Positions 10,599-20,397 of a stretch of 64,000 nucleotides of DNA are shown piece after piece. The DNA lies in NCBI GenBank assembly GCA_963843145.1, contig CAWJJC010000020.1, positions 608,001-672,000 on the forward strand, read 5' to 3'. Position numbers and translations under genes: made by a program. The notes beneath the pieces are model-generated. The model made no database searches and was not told the origin of the DNA. It saw only the letters and a list, made by a program, of their open reading frames with translations. The DNA comes from an uncultured delta proteobacterium (GTDB lineage: Bacteria > Desulfobacterota > RBG-13-43-22). Numbering within the stretch: position 1 is the first letter of the stretch; every line of letters starts with the position of its first letter.

Positions 10599-11111
10599 TT
10601 ATAGGGTTAGTTTGATTTTTGCCCACAAGGGCAAGTTCTGGTTGAAGTCCTTCCGGACCCAACGGGACAGATAGAGGTAAATCGCCCCGCCGATTAGAAT
10701 CAGGTCCCGATAAAAAGCCTGCCAGAGGCCGGCCTGGGCCTGGACTTCCTCCGGGGAAAAACAGCCGCAATCGATGTGCAGGTCCCTAAGCAGACCGTAC
10801 CAAAGGACCGTCGCAAAAAAGAAGAGCAGGCCGAAAATCAGGCTCAAGCTCCCGCGAATTGCGAAGATCAGGCCCGCGGCACCCAGGATTTCCAAAAGGG
10901 GCAACCCGATGGCCAGGACCGGTAACAAAAAATCCGGGGCCAGGTCATATTGGGCAATGGACCGGGCGAAAGCCTTGGGGTCCATCAGTTTGACCGTCCC
11001 GGCATAGAGGAAAACCAGGGCCAATCCCCAGCGGACTATCCGGGAGGGCCACCGAGAAAAAATCAGGCCCGCTGCCTCCTGAATCCCCTTTCGATTTCCC
11101 CCCCCGCTCAT
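10599..11111 (-). CDS. MauE/DoxX-family redox-associated membrane protein
   Basis: RWGLALVFLYAGTVKLMDP...LPLLE...IDCGCF...RDLIL, with four TM helices. Confidence 0.9.
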   Translation of the reverse strand: MSGGGNRKGIQEAAGLIFSRWPSRIVRWGLALVFLYAGTVKLMDPKAFARSIAQYDLAPDFLLPVLAIGLPLLEILGAAGLIFAIRGSLSLIFGLLFFFATVLWYGLLRDLHIDCGCFSPEEVQAQAGLWQAFYRDLILIGGAIYLYLSRWVRKDFNQNLPLWAKIKLTL

Positions 11112-11145
11112 CGGGAGGATTCTTGATCAAGTTAACTAATATGTC

Positions 11146-11195
11146 AAATAGGTAATATTGATGATTGCTTTGATTGGCATAGGTAGAAATAATGG
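11146..11195. promoter_or_regulatory. Possible tandem LysR-type boxes upstream of the DoxX-rhodanese cluster
   Basis: ATAGGTAATATTGAT and ATAGGTAGAAATAAT, each fitting T-N11-A and sharing ATAGGTA, in an AT-rich patch. Confidence 0.3.
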
Positions 11196-11321
11196 ATAGG
11201 GAGCTTTTGCAGGGTCCCCCCCTAAAAGAAAAAATTTAGTTCTTCAACGGGGCTGAGGAGTTAAGAAAGGGCTGTTTGCCCTTACCGGTTGGAGGCTCGA
11301 TTATGTCTGGGGCAGCGAAGT

Positions 11322-11825
11322 CTACCTTAGACTATTTGATTTTTTATTCAAAGGGAGAATCTCGATTCGTGTAAAGGATGTCCAAGTGCCGCCTTCGTCA
11401 CCCGCCACCTTATATCCACTGACTTTTATCCGCAGGCCCTTTCTCAAATAATCCTGATCGCTGTAGTCGATTTTTAATAGAATGAAAGGGGGTCTAGCTA
11501 TGAGGTCCTGACTCTGGTAAGCCGACGAATCCAGGTATCTGGTCAGGGTGACCGCCGCCTCCGGCGACACGCCCTCGAAGTCGACCAAACGGATCAGGAA
11601 ATGCGGGGAAACCACCCGATCCCTTGCGGCGGATCCGGACATACGAGGAACGCCCTTTACCGTTTTTTCCGGAACCCAACGCACCTCGCTGATGGTCCCG
11701 GTAATATCCGCCGGGCCAAAAGGTCGTATGGGCGCAGAAAAAGCCGACAGCCCCCCAAAGAGGGCTAAACCCCCTATCAGCAAAAGTATGGTCGTTTTAT
11801 TCATAAACGGACCATTATTGTCCAA
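11322..11825 (-). CDS. Hypothetical exported protein
   Basis: N-terminal hydrophobic signal and an OB-fold-like beta pattern; no family recognised. Confidence 0.65.
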   Translation of the reverse strand: MDNNGPFMNKTTILLLIGGLALFGGLSAFSAPIRPFGPADITGTISEVRWVPEKTVKGVPRMSGSAARDRVVSPHFLIRLVDFEGVSPEAAVTLTRYLDSSAYQSQDLIARPPFILLKIDYSDQDYLRKGLRIKVSGYKVAGDEGGTWTSFTRIEILPLNKKSNSLR

Positions 11826-11853
11826 AATGATCCGGGCATAGAAAACTAGCGCT

Positions 11854-12603
11854 TCAATTCTTTTTCTTCAATTGATCGGCCACGGCTTGGGCCGCCTTTT
11901 TTACCGCCTCCTCGTCCCCCAGGTAATAATTGCGGATCGGGCGAAGATCTTGATCCAATTCATAGACCAGGGGGATGCCGGTGGGAATATTGAGTCCCAC
12001 GATCTCCTCCTCCTTAATATTATCCAGGTATTTCACCAGCGCCCGGAGGCTATTGCCGTGGGCGGTGACCAGCACCCGTTTCCCGGCCTTGACGGACGGC
12101 CCAATCGTACCCTGCCAATAGGGCAGAAACCGCGCCACCGTATCCTTGAGGCATTCGGTCAGCGGGAGTTCCTCCGGACTCAGATCGGCGTAGCGCGGGT
12201 CTTTCCCCGGATAACGGGGATCATCCGCCGTCAAGGCCGGGGGACGGGTGTCGTAACTCCGCCGCCAGATTTTGACCTGGTCCATCCCGAATTTATCAGC
12301 AGTCTCGGCCTTGTTCAAACCCTGGAGGGCGCCGTAGTGCCGTTCGTTCAATCGCCAGTGCCGGATGACGGGTATCCACATCAGGTCCATCTCATCCATC
12401 ACGATCCACAGGGTTCGGATGGCTCGCTTTAAGACCGAAGTGTAGGCCAGGTCGAAGGTGTACCCCTGTTCTTTGAGAATCCGCCCGCCCTCTTGGGCCT
12501 CCTGGACGCCTTTTTCCGAAAGGTCCACATCCGTCCAGCCGGTAAAAAGATTCTCTTTGTTCCAGACGCTCTCTCCATGACGCAGCAACACTACCTTATA
12601 CAT
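11854..12603 (-). CDS. gpmA: 2,3-bisphosphoglycerate-dependent phosphoglycerate mutase
   Basis: [29 protein letters not shown]. Confidence 0.97.
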   Translation of the reverse strand: MYKVVLLRHGESVWNKENLFTGWTDVDLSEKGVQEAQEGGRILKEQGYTFDLAYTSVLKRAIRTLWIVMDEMDLMWIPVIRHWRLNERHYGALQGLNKAETADKFGMDQVKIWRRSYDTRPPALTADDPRYPGKDPRYADLSPEELPLTECLKDTVARFLPYWQGTIGPSVKAGKRVLVTAHGNSLRALVKYLDNIKEEEIVGLNIPTGIPLVYELDQDLRPIRNYYLGDEEAVKKAAQAVADQLKKKN

Positions 12604-13879
12604 AATCGGTCCTCCTTTTTTTATACTGATGGGATTTAATAGTAAACTTGGTTTCAGCCTTCTCCGGATCTTTATCCGGCAAACGGACGGAATAGTCGGC
12701 CCGGTAAAGCTGCCTTAGAATTTCTTTCCAATGGGACAGGCCGCGGGTCTGAAGGACAAACTCCACCTCGGTGGTCTGGAGGGGCAGCGTTGAGAAGGTC
12801 CTTTGATGATGAACCTCAATGATGTTGGCCCCCCATTCCCCCAGCAAACGGGTTACCTCCGACAAGGCCCCGGGAATATCCCGAATCGCTATGAGAAGGC
12901 GAACCAACCGGCCTGATCGGACCAGTCCTCGCTGAATAATGGCCGAAAGAATCTGAAGATCGATATTCCCGCCGGAAAGTACGATCCCGACCTTCTTTCC
13001 CTTGAAGCGCCGGTTTTTTTGAAGCAAGGGGGCCAATCCCGCTGCCCCGGCCCCTTCGACTACGGTTTTTTCCACTTCCAATAACAGCAGCACCGCTTTC
13101 TCCAGTTCCGGCTCATCCGCCAGGATGATTTCATTCACCAGCCGCCGGATGACGGGCAGGGTCAGGCGGCCCGGTTGTCTGACCGCAATTCCTTCGGCAA
13201 TGGTGGGCGGGTGGCATTCGACGGAAAGGGATTTCAGGGCCTGGGCCATGGAGGGGAACCGGACGGACTCAACACCGATTAGTTCTATCGAAGGGCGAAG
13301 CTTTTTGGCCGCAATAGCCAGGCCGGCGAGGAGACCTCCGCCGCCGACAGGAGCGATCAGCACTTCAAGATCCGGAAAAACGCGCAACATCTCCAGGGCA
13401 ATGGTACCTTGACCGGCGATTACCTTTTCATCATCATAGGGATGGATAAAACAAAGTCCCCTTTCCTCGGCCAGCTTTTTGGCCAAAAGACCGGCTTCAT
13501 CCACCCCGGAACCTTCCAGGATCACTTCAGCGCCAAAAGAAGCGGCCTGATCCACTTTGATGTTGGGGGTATTCCGCGGCATAACGATCAGGGCCGGGAT
13601 GCCCAGGCGTCGGGCATGGTAGGCTACGGCCAAACCGTGATTTCCGGCGGACATGGCCGCCACACCCTGCTTTCGCTCTTCCGGCGACAAAGAAAGCAGT
13701 TTTACCAGGGCTCCCCGTTCTTTGAAAGAGGCGGTAAATTGAAAAATTTCAAATTTTAAAAAAACCTCACAGTCGGTGATCTGGGAAAGGGTCGAGGAAG
13801 GGACACAGGGGGTTTCAATAATCTGACCCTTGATCAGCTCGGCAGCCCGGCGAATGGAGTCAAAAGATACCGACGGCAT
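12596..13879 (-). CDS. ilvA: Threonine ammonia-lyase with C-terminal ACT domain
   Basis: SFKERGA PLP-lysine motif, [23 protein letters not shown] domain. Confidence 0.9.
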   Translation of the reverse strand: MPSVSFDSIRRAAELIKGQIIETPCVPSSTLSQITDCEVFLKFEIFQFTASFKERGALVKLLSLSPEERKQGVAAMSAGNHGLAVAYHARRLGIPALIVMPRNTPNIKVDQAASFGAEVILEGSGVDEAGLLAKKLAEERGLCFIHPYDDEKVIAGQGTIALEMLRVFPDLEVLIAPVGGGGLLAGLAIAAKKLRPSIELIGVESVRFPSMAQALKSLSVECHPPTIAEGIAVRQPGRLTLPVIRRLVNEIILADEPELEKAVLLLLEVEKTVVEGAGAAGLAPLLQKNRRFKGKKVGIVLSGGNIDLQILSAIIQRGLVRSGRLVRLLIAIRDIPGALSEVTRLLGEWGANIIEVHHQRTFSTLPLQTTEVEFVLQTRGLSHWKEILRQLYRADYSVRLPDKDPEKAETKFTIKSHQYKKRRTDYV

Positions 13880-13891
13880 TTCTTCTTATTT

Positions 13892-14164
13892 TTAGAGATA
13901 GGCAATGGTTTGAAAATTGGGAATTTCAAACCGGCGCCGGCACCGGGGGTTGGGGCAGGTGAGGAAATCGTCCACCCGCACCAGGTAATCCCGCGACTTG
14001 GCGAACTTGGCCCGATCAAGGTCGCTTGCGCCGGGCGGCAGTTTCTTCTTCTTGCTGCGTTTGAGCCAGCGAACCGGGAACTCGGCTTCCTGGCGGCACT
14101 TCGGGCAGGTATAAGTGGTTTTCTTGGTCTCAGGGGTCTCGTCGTAAAAGTTTCGCTCGTCCAT
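13892..14164 (-). CDS. Small basic zinc-ribbon hypothetical protein
   Basis: CPKC and CPNPRC pairs flank a Lys/Arg-rich insert; co-oriented with ilvA. Confidence 0.7.
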   Translation of the reverse strand: MDERNFYDETPETKKTTYTCPKCRQEAEFPVRWLKRSKKKKLPPGASDLDRAKFAKSRDYLVRVDDFLTCPNPRCRRRFEIPNFQTIAYL

Positions 14165-14233
14165 GGTTTCAGATTATCCTTTAATAGTCAGATTCTTTCA
14201 ACGTTAATTTGGATCACTGCCCAAAAATATATC

Positions 14234-14398
14234 TGACGGACTCGCAAAAAGTCCGGCAGCAGCCCGAGCGCGATTGAGCGCCGGGCTGGGGTGAGTGTGG
14301 AACCATTTGAATTCACCTCAAATGGCTGGGGAGTCACGCCTAAGGCGTGATTCCCCGCCGAGCAGAAAGTCGTTTTTAGACTTTTTGCGAGGTCATCA
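14234..14398. mobile_element. MITE family A, copy 1 (TIR consensus TGATGACCTCGCAAAAAGTC)
   Basis: Ends TGACGGACTCGCAAAAAGTC and GACTTTTTGCGAGGTCATCA; the body, including the hairpin CCATTTGAATTCACCTCAAATGG, is highly similar to 47040-47196. Confidence 0.85.
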
Positions 14399-14402
14399 AA
14401 TT

Positions 14403-14640
14403 GGACGCGACGCCCTGTTGGGTGCGTCCTCCTCATATTTGGTAAGGCCTCCCGGGTCTTTTGAAGAGGGTTTCCCAAAGGCCATCCGGGCTCCGATTCG
14501 GGTCTAAGACCGCAACTTCATTTAAAAGCAGGCCCAAAACCGGAGTCCTTTAACTCCTTTCCAAGAGACCCGGGAGGCCACGAAAGCTTGGGTCCGAGGT
14601 GATTTACTTGAGGCCGAAAGTCGCCCCCGGTCCCGGTGTA
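14403..14640 (+). ncRNA. Candidate structured non-coding RNA (unassigned)
   Basis: Hairpin at 14403-14429, then a 134-nt rod closed by a perfect 14-bp stem (14446-14459/14566-14579) with internal helices containing + strand G-U pairs. Confidence 0.35.
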
Positions 14641-14728
14641 ATAACTTGACAAGCTCTCGATTAATGATTAAAAAACAGGCACCCCTAAAAAAAGGGAGAA
14701 GGGAAGGTTTTTTCAAAAAACTATCATC

Positions 14729-15712
14729 ATGATTGAAGTTGAACACTTGACCAAATATTACGGTCTGGTTCCCGCAATATCGGACCTGACCTTTCAGGTC
14801 GGTCAGGGAGAAGTGGTAGGTTTTTTAGGTCCCAACGGGGCCGGCAAGACCACGACCATGAAAATCCTGACCTGCTTTCTCCCCCCGACCTCGGGGAAGG
14901 CCCGCATCGACGGTTTGGACCTCTCCCAGGATTCCCTGGGGGTTAGGCAAAAAATCGGCTATTTGCCGGAAAATAACCCGCTCTACAGTGAAATGACCGT
15001 AGAGGGATTTCTTTCCTTCGCGGCTCAGGCCAAAGGCATCCCCAGCCGAAATGCAAAATCCGCCGCGGCCAAGGTGGCTGAAGACTGCGGCCTGGAGTCG
15101 GTCCGCGGAAGGATTATCGGCCACCTCTCCAAGGGATTTCGGCAGCGGGTGGGATTGGCCCAGGCCCTCTTGAATGACCCGCCGGTGCTGATTCTGGACG
15201 AACCGACCATCGGGCTGGACCCCGCCCAGGTCGTTGAGATCCGGCAGTTGATCAAGTCCCTGGGCCGGGAACGGACCATCCTGCTCAGTTCTCATATTCT
15301 CCCCGAGATCAGCCAGCTTTGCCAGAAAGTGATCATCCTGAATCAGGGGCGGATAGTGGCCACGGATACGGTCTCGAGCCTCACCGCCCAGCTCCAAAGC
15401 TCCCGGAAGATCAGGTTGACCATTCGAGGCCCGCAAGAGGCCATCCTGACCACCCTGGCCGAAATAAACGGGATTCTGCGAATCGAACCCCAGGACGATG
15501 AAGGGGCCTACGAACTCGAAATGCGGAAAGAACTGGACGTCCGGGCGGATGTCAGCCGGGCGGTCGTGCAGCAGGGTTGGGATCTGCTGGAAATGCGCAG
15601 CCTGGATTTAAGTCTGGAGGAGATCTTTGTCCAGTTGGTGACGGAAGAACCAACCGGAGAGGAACCGAAAGGAAAAGAACCGGAAATGGAAAAGGCCGGA
15701 GGAGAATCATGA
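14729..15712 (+). CDS. ABC-2 exporter ATP-binding protein (GldA-like)
   Basis: GPNGAGKTT, LSKGFRQR, LILDEPT, SSH. Confidence 0.95.
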   Translation: MIEVEHLTKYYGLVPAISDLTFQVGQGEVVGFLGPNGAGKTTTMKILTCFLPPTSGKARIDGLDLSQDSLGVRQKIGYLPENNPLYSEMTVEGFLSFAAQAKGIPSRNAKSAAAKVAEDCGLESVRGRIIGHLSKGFRQRVGLAQALLNDPPVLILDEPTIGLDPAQVVEIRQLIKSLGRERTILLSSHILPEISQLCQKVIILNQGRIVATDTVSSLTAQLQSSRKIRLTIRGPQEAILTTLAEINGILRIEPQDDEGAYELEMRKELDVRADVSRAVVQQGWDLLEMRSLDLSLEEIFVQLVTEEPTGEEPKGKEPEMEKAGGES

Positions 15713-16479
15713 AAGGATTCGGGGCCGTCTTTAAAAAAGAAATCTACACCTTTTTCGCTTCCCCTATTTTTTATGTGGTCGGCACCATCTTTTTGACCAT
15801 CGCCGGGTATTTTTTTTACACCGACGTGGCCTATTACAGCCTGATCAGTTTTCAGGCGGCCCAGAACGCCTATATGGGGGGTCAGGTCAACTTGAATGAG
15901 ATGGTCATTAAACCCTTAATGGACGACATCAGTGTCATCCTGCTCCTGATTGTTCCCCTGTTGACCATGCGCCTGATCGCGGAGGAGAAAAAAAACGGGA
16001 CCATGGAATTGCTGTTAACCTATCCACTCCGGGATCTGGCGATTGTACTGGGAAAATATGCCGCTACCCTTCTGGTCCTGGTCATCCTCCTGGCGGTAAC
16101 CCTGATCTATGTCCTGCTGCTTTCCTGGGTGGGAGAGTTCGAGTGGGGGGTGGTCTGGACCGGATACGGCGGATTGGTCCTCATGACCGCCGGTTTTGTC
16201 GCCCTGGGTCTCTTTTTCTCAGCCCTGACCCAGAATCAAATCATCGCGGCCGTCCTGGGGTTCGGGTCCCTGCTCATGTTCTGGATGATCGGCTGGGCCG
16301 GGTCTCTTTCCGGGCCGGTGGCGGGCAAGGTGGTCAATTATCTATCTATTCTGGAACACCTGGACTCTTTTACCAAGGGGGTCATCGATACCCGGGATAT
16401 CGGTTATTACCTGACCTTTTCGGCCTTTTTTATTTTTTTAACGCTTCGCTTCCTGGATTCCCGGAAAATCCGGGGCTAA
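15709..16479 (+). CDS. ABC-2 permease (GldF-like)
   Basis: Start MKGFGAVFKKE overlaps the ATPase stop; TMRLIAEEKKNGTMELLLTYP motif; six TM helices. Confidence 0.92.
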   Translation: MKGFGAVFKKEIYTFFASPIFYVVGTIFLTIAGYFFYTDVAYYSLISFQAAQNAYMGGQVNLNEMVIKPLMDDISVILLLIVPLLTMRLIAEEKKNGTMELLLTYPLRDLAIVLGKYAATLLVLVILLAVTLIYVLLLSWVGEFEWGVVWTGYGGLVLMTAGFVALGLFFSALTQNQIIAAVLGFGSLLMFWMIGWAGSLSGPVAGKVVNYLSILEHLDSFTKGVIDTRDIGYYLTFSAFFIFLTLRFLDSRKIRG

Positions 16480-16499
16480 GTCCTGACAGAGACGCTGAT

Positions 16500-17897
16500 A
16501 TGGCTGAACACCCAATGACCCGCTGGAAAGAAGGGTCCATCATCACCTTAGTGAGCATTCTTTTTATCGCCATCCTGGTGGGGATTAATTTGATTCTATA
16601 CCGCTTCCCCGGAAGGGCGGATTTAACCGAAGGCCGCCGTCATTCCCTTTCCGTCCAGACTCGGAATATCCTCAAGAACATCCATCAGGAGGTCTGGATT
16701 CGGGCCTTTTTCCAGGAAGGCCATCCGACTAGGAAGAAGGCCAAAGAACTTCTGGACAACTACAGCACCATTAATCCCCAGATCCATTATCAATTCATTG
16801 ATCCCGACCGGCAGCCATCGCTGGCCCAAAAGTACGGGGTCCGCAATTACGGCACCCTGGTCCTGGAATCCGCGGGCCGGACCCAGAGCGCCAATACGGC
16901 CGATGAAGAGGGGATCACCAACGCCCTCCTGCGTCTGAGCCAGCCAAAGGCCAAAAAAGTGATTTTCACCACCGGTCACGGGGAACGGAGCCTGCAAGAC
17001 ACCCAACGGGAGGGCTTTTCCTTTGCCAAGGGTATTTTGGATAAGGAAAACTACCGGGTGGAGGAACTAAATCTCCTTAGCGGATCGGGCCTGCCGGCCG
17101 ATACCGACTGCCTGGTTATTGCCGGACCGAGAAAACCGTTTATGCCGGTGGAACTGGAAGACCTAAAAAAATACCTGGCCGGCGGCGGTAAAATGTTACT
17201 TCTCCTGGAACCTTTTCAAGATGCCGGTCTGAAAGATTGGATCAGCTCCTACGGGTTGACCTTGGGGAATGATATTATCATCGATCGCCTGAGCCGGGCC
17301 TTTGGCGGTGATTATCTGATCCCCATGGCCGGAGTCTATGGCCGGCACCCGATCACGGAAACATTCAAGATAGCCACATTTTTCCCCACGGCCCGGTCTT
17401 TGGATTTCACCGCTCCTCTACCCCCGGGGATCACCACGGAGGTGTTGGTCCAGTCCTCCCCGGCCAGTTGGGGAGAAACCAACAAAGCCAAGATGGAAAA
17501 AGGCGAGGCGGCATTTGATGAAGGGCAGGATAAAAAGGGTCCGCTCAATATAGCCGTGCTGATCAATATCAAACCTGGAACGGTCGGCGGGCCCGAGGCC
17601 AAGAAAGAGGGGGCTCGACCCCAACCGGGCCGCCTGGCGGTTTTCGGGGACTCGGACTTTGCCACGAATGGGTATTTCAACCAAGCCGGAAATGGTGATC
17701 TGTTTTTAAATACCATCAATTTCCTGACCGAAGAAGCCCAGCTTATCAGCATCCGGCCTGCCAAAAGCCCGGTAAAACCCCTGACCTTATCCGCCGCACA
17801 AGGCCAGGTTTTGTTCTGGGTTCCCTTGATCTTGATCCCCTTGTTGATGATTGCCATCGGGGTTATGGTCTGGCGGCAGAGGAGAAAGGCCCGTTGA
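16500..17897 (+). CDS. GldG-family ABC auxiliary component
   Basis: DLTEGRRHSLS, IDPDRQP, FTTGHGE, VFGDSDF and GNGDLFLN, with N- and C-terminal TM helices. Confidence 0.9.
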   Translation: MAEHPMTRWKEGSIITLVSILFIAILVGINLILYRFPGRADLTEGRRHSLSVQTRNILKNIHQEVWIRAFFQEGHPTRKKAKELLDNYSTINPQIHYQFIDPDRQPSLAQKYGVRNYGTLVLESAGRTQSANTADEEGITNALLRLSQPKAKKVIFTTGHGERSLQDTQREGFSFAKGILDKENYRVEELNLLSGSGLPADTDCLVIAGPRKPFMPVELEDLKKYLAGGGKMLLLLEPFQDAGLKDWISSYGLTLGNDIIIDRLSRAFGGDYLIPMAGVYGRHPITETFKIATFFPTARSLDFTAPLPPGITTEVLVQSSPASWGETNKAKMEKGEAAFDEGQDKKGPLNIAVLINIKPGTVGGPEAKKEGARPQPGRLAVFGDSDFATNGYFNQAGNGDLFLNTINFLTEEAQLISIRPAKSPVKPLTLSAAQGQVLFWVPLILIPLLMIAIGVMVWRQRRKAR

Positions 17898-18865
17898 GCT
17901 GGAAGAAGGTCTGGATCTATCTGGTTGTCTTGGTGGTGGTGGCCGGGGCGTTTATCGTTTCGGAATTGTTTATTCCCCGCCAGGCCAAAGAAGACGACCA
18001 ACCCCCTCTATTTAATCTCACCCCGGGGGCCATTCAGGAAATCCGCTGGCAGCGGGGGGAGTCGGTCATCGAGCTCAAAAAAAATAAAAATTGGGAAATG
18101 GTAAAACCCCTGTCCACCCCGGCCGACCCGGTGGCGGTAGAAGGGGTGTTGCAGGTCTTGAGCAGCCTGAAACCGGAGCGTAAATTTAAGCCCGAGGGAA
18201 AGGACCTGACCGAATTCGGTCTGAACCCGCCCCTGGTCCGCATCGACTTCACCGCCCAGGGAAAAAAGTTTGAACTCCAACTGGGATCCAAAACCGTTGC
18301 CGGTCAGTCGCGATATCTCAAAACTTCCCTTCTCCCGGATGTCTATCTGGTAGAGGCCTTCGCCGCCAAGGAACTGGATCGCGATGTTTTGGCTTTACGG
18401 GAGAAAAAGGTTTTTTCCTTAACCCCGGATCGGATCGAGGCCCTGGAAATCGGAGTAGGGAAAAAGAATCTGCAATTGATAAAGACGGCCCAGGGGTGGG
18501 TGGAGAAAGGGCAACCGGAGAAGCGCTTGGATAAAAACCGGGTGGAATCCCTGATCCTGGATTTGACCTGGGTCAAGGCCAAAGAATTTTTGGAAGGGGA
18601 GAAAGAGAACTCCGCCTGGGGGCTGAAGGAGCCTGCCTATCGGATCCGGTTGAGCGGGGGGGAAAAAGAGAAAAAGGACGAGGGGCTATGGATCGGGGCC
18701 GAGGCTGGAGGCAAGGGCTTCTATGCCCGCAGCAGTTTGTACCCCTCGCCCCTGATTATTGAAGGCGAAATCTTAAAGAAGATCCCTGCTGATCTCAGCG
18801 GATGGGAAGAAAAGCCCGTTCCGGAAAAGGGATCCGCAGGTCCGGAAAGCAAAAAGGGTTCCTGA
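17894..18865 (+). CDS. DUF4340-domain protein
   Basis: N-terminal anchor, repeated W..P..AD / FGL..P units, typical position after gldG. Confidence 0.8.
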   Translation: MSWKKVWIYLVVLVVVAGAFIVSELFIPRQAKEDDQPPLFNLTPGAIQEIRWQRGESVIELKKNKNWEMVKPLSTPADPVAVEGVLQVLSSLKPERKFKPEGKDLTEFGLNPPLVRIDFTAQGKKFELQLGSKTVAGQSRYLKTSLLPDVYLVEAFAAKELDRDVLALREKKVFSLTPDRIEALEIGVGKKNLQLIKTAQGWVEKGQPEKRLDKNRVESLILDLTWVKAKEFLEGEKENSAWGLKEPAYRIRLSGGEKEKKDEGLWIGAEAGGKGFYARSSLYPSPLIIEGEILKKIPADLSGWEEKPVPEKGSAGPESKKGS

Positions 18866-19260
18866 TGGCAAAAGCAATCTTGGGTTGTTTAAAAAAACGG
18901 GATCTGATTCAGGAGGTAACGACCAGTCGCGAAACCCTGATCAAATTCGGGCGGGAGTATTTGAAGGAGGGACGCTGGTTGGAGGCCCTGGAGTTTTTTG
19001 AGCGGGCGCCGGATCCGGAAGGACTGCAAACGCTTAAAAATCAGGGCTTGGAAGAAGGCGATCCCTTTTTATATAAGCAAGCCTGCCGGTTCCTGAAAGA
19101 AAATCCGGATCCGGCGGATTGGAAACTGATTGGAGAAAAGGCCCTTTCTCAGGGCCGCTGGCTCCCGGCCCTCACCGCCTTCAAGGCGCTGGCCGATGAG
19201 ACAAAAATTCAGGAGATTACTCAGTTGATAGCTGATTCTAAGCAAAATGACCACGAATAA
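18865..19260 (+). CDS. Hypothetical helical (TPR-like) protein
   Basis: ATG coupled to the upstream stop; ALEFF and ALTAF helical repeats. Confidence 0.7.
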   Translation: MAKAILGCLKKRDLIQEVTTSRETLIKFGREYLKEGRWLEALEFFERAPDPEGLQTLKNQGLEEGDPFLYKQACRFLKENPDPADWKLIGEKALSQGRWLPALTAFKALADETKIQEITQLIADSKQNDHE

Positions 19261-20350
19261 CCACAAACGGGATTATTACGAAGTCCTGGGGGTTTCCCGG
19301 CAGTCCAGCGAAGAGGAGATCAAGAAGAGTTACCGGAAAATGGCCCTCCAATACCATCCCGATCGCAACCCGGGAGACAAAGAGGCCGAAGAACGCTTCA
19401 AAGAGGCCGCCGAAGCCTATGAGGTCTTGCACGACGCTCAGAAGCGAGAATTGTATGATCGGTACGGCCATGAAGGCCTGCGCAATACCGGCTTTTCCGG
19501 GTTCAGCGGCTTTGAGGACATTTTTTCCAGCTTCAGTGACATCTTTGAAGACTTTTTCGGGTTAGGCCGAAGGGGCCGAGGCGGGGCTTCGCGGGCCCGG
19601 GAGGGGGCGGACCTGCGCTACGACCTTTCCATTTCCTTCATGGAAGCCGCCCAAGGGAAAGAAATGGAAATCAGCGTCCCCCGGCTGGAGTCCTGTACCG
19701 AGTGCCAGGGCAACGGGATGGAACCGGGCACCCAACCCGAAATCTGCTCTACCTGCGGCGGAAGAGGCCAGGTCATTCAATCCCAGGGTTTTTTCCGGAT
19801 CAGCGCCCCCTGCCCCCGCTGTTACGGCCAGGGCCGGATTAATACCCATCCCTGTAAAGCCTGCCAGGGCCAGGGTCGGATAGAGAAGACCAAGACCTTG
19901 AATTTGAAGATACCCCCCGGTATTGCCGGCGGTTCCCGGCTGCGTTTTCGAGGCCAGGGTGAGGGCGGGACCCACGGTGGTCCCCCGGGGGATCTCTATG
20001 TGGTCGTCTATGTGGAAGAGCATGAGTTTTTCCACCGGGAAGGGGACGATGTCCTTTGTTCCATACCGATCTCCATGATCCAGGCCGCTCTGGGGACCGA
20101 AGTGGAAGTACCGACCTTAAACGGCAATAAAAAACTGACCATCCCCAAGGGGGCCCAATACGGCCAGACCTTGAAGTTGAAAGGCGAGGGGTTCCCCCAT
20201 GTCCGCGGATCCGGCAAAGGGGATCAAATCATCCACCTGGAAGTCAAGATCCCAACCAAGGTAAGCCGACGGCAGGAGGAGTTGCTGCGGGAGTTTGAGG
20301 AACTGGACACCAAAAAGGGCGGCTCCAAGCTGTTCAAGATTTTTTCCTGA
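19247..20350 (+). CDS. dnaJ: Molecular chaperone DnaJ
   Basis: J domain with HPD, G/F region, four CxxCxGxG repeats. Confidence 0.97.
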   Translation: MTTNNHKRDYYEVLGVSRQSSEEEIKKSYRKMALQYHPDRNPGDKEAEERFKEAAEAYEVLHDAQKRELYDRYGHEGLRNTGFSGFSGFEDIFSSFSDIFEDFFGLGRRGRGGASRAREGADLRYDLSISFMEAAQGKEMEISVPRLESCTECQGNGMEPGTQPEICSTCGGRGQVIQSQGFFRISAPCPRCYGQGRINTHPCKACQGQGRIEKTKTLNLKIPPGIAGGSRLRFRGQGEGGTHGGPPGDLYVVVYVEEHEFFHREGDDVLCSIPISMIQAALGTEVEVPTLNGNKKLTIPKGAQYGQTLKLKGEGFPHVRGSGKGDQIIHLEVKIPTKVSRRQEELLREFEELDTKKGGSKLFKIFS

Positions 20351-20397
20351 AGGCAAAATGATCTTCCGATCCGCTGCCTCCCGAGCGGGGTTGGCGC

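Noticed and set aside
14446-14579. 6S RNA or SRP RNA identity for the long hairpin
   Set aside because: No large symmetric central bubble, no SRP GGAA helix-8 motif and no typical gene context; kept only as an unassigned candidate.
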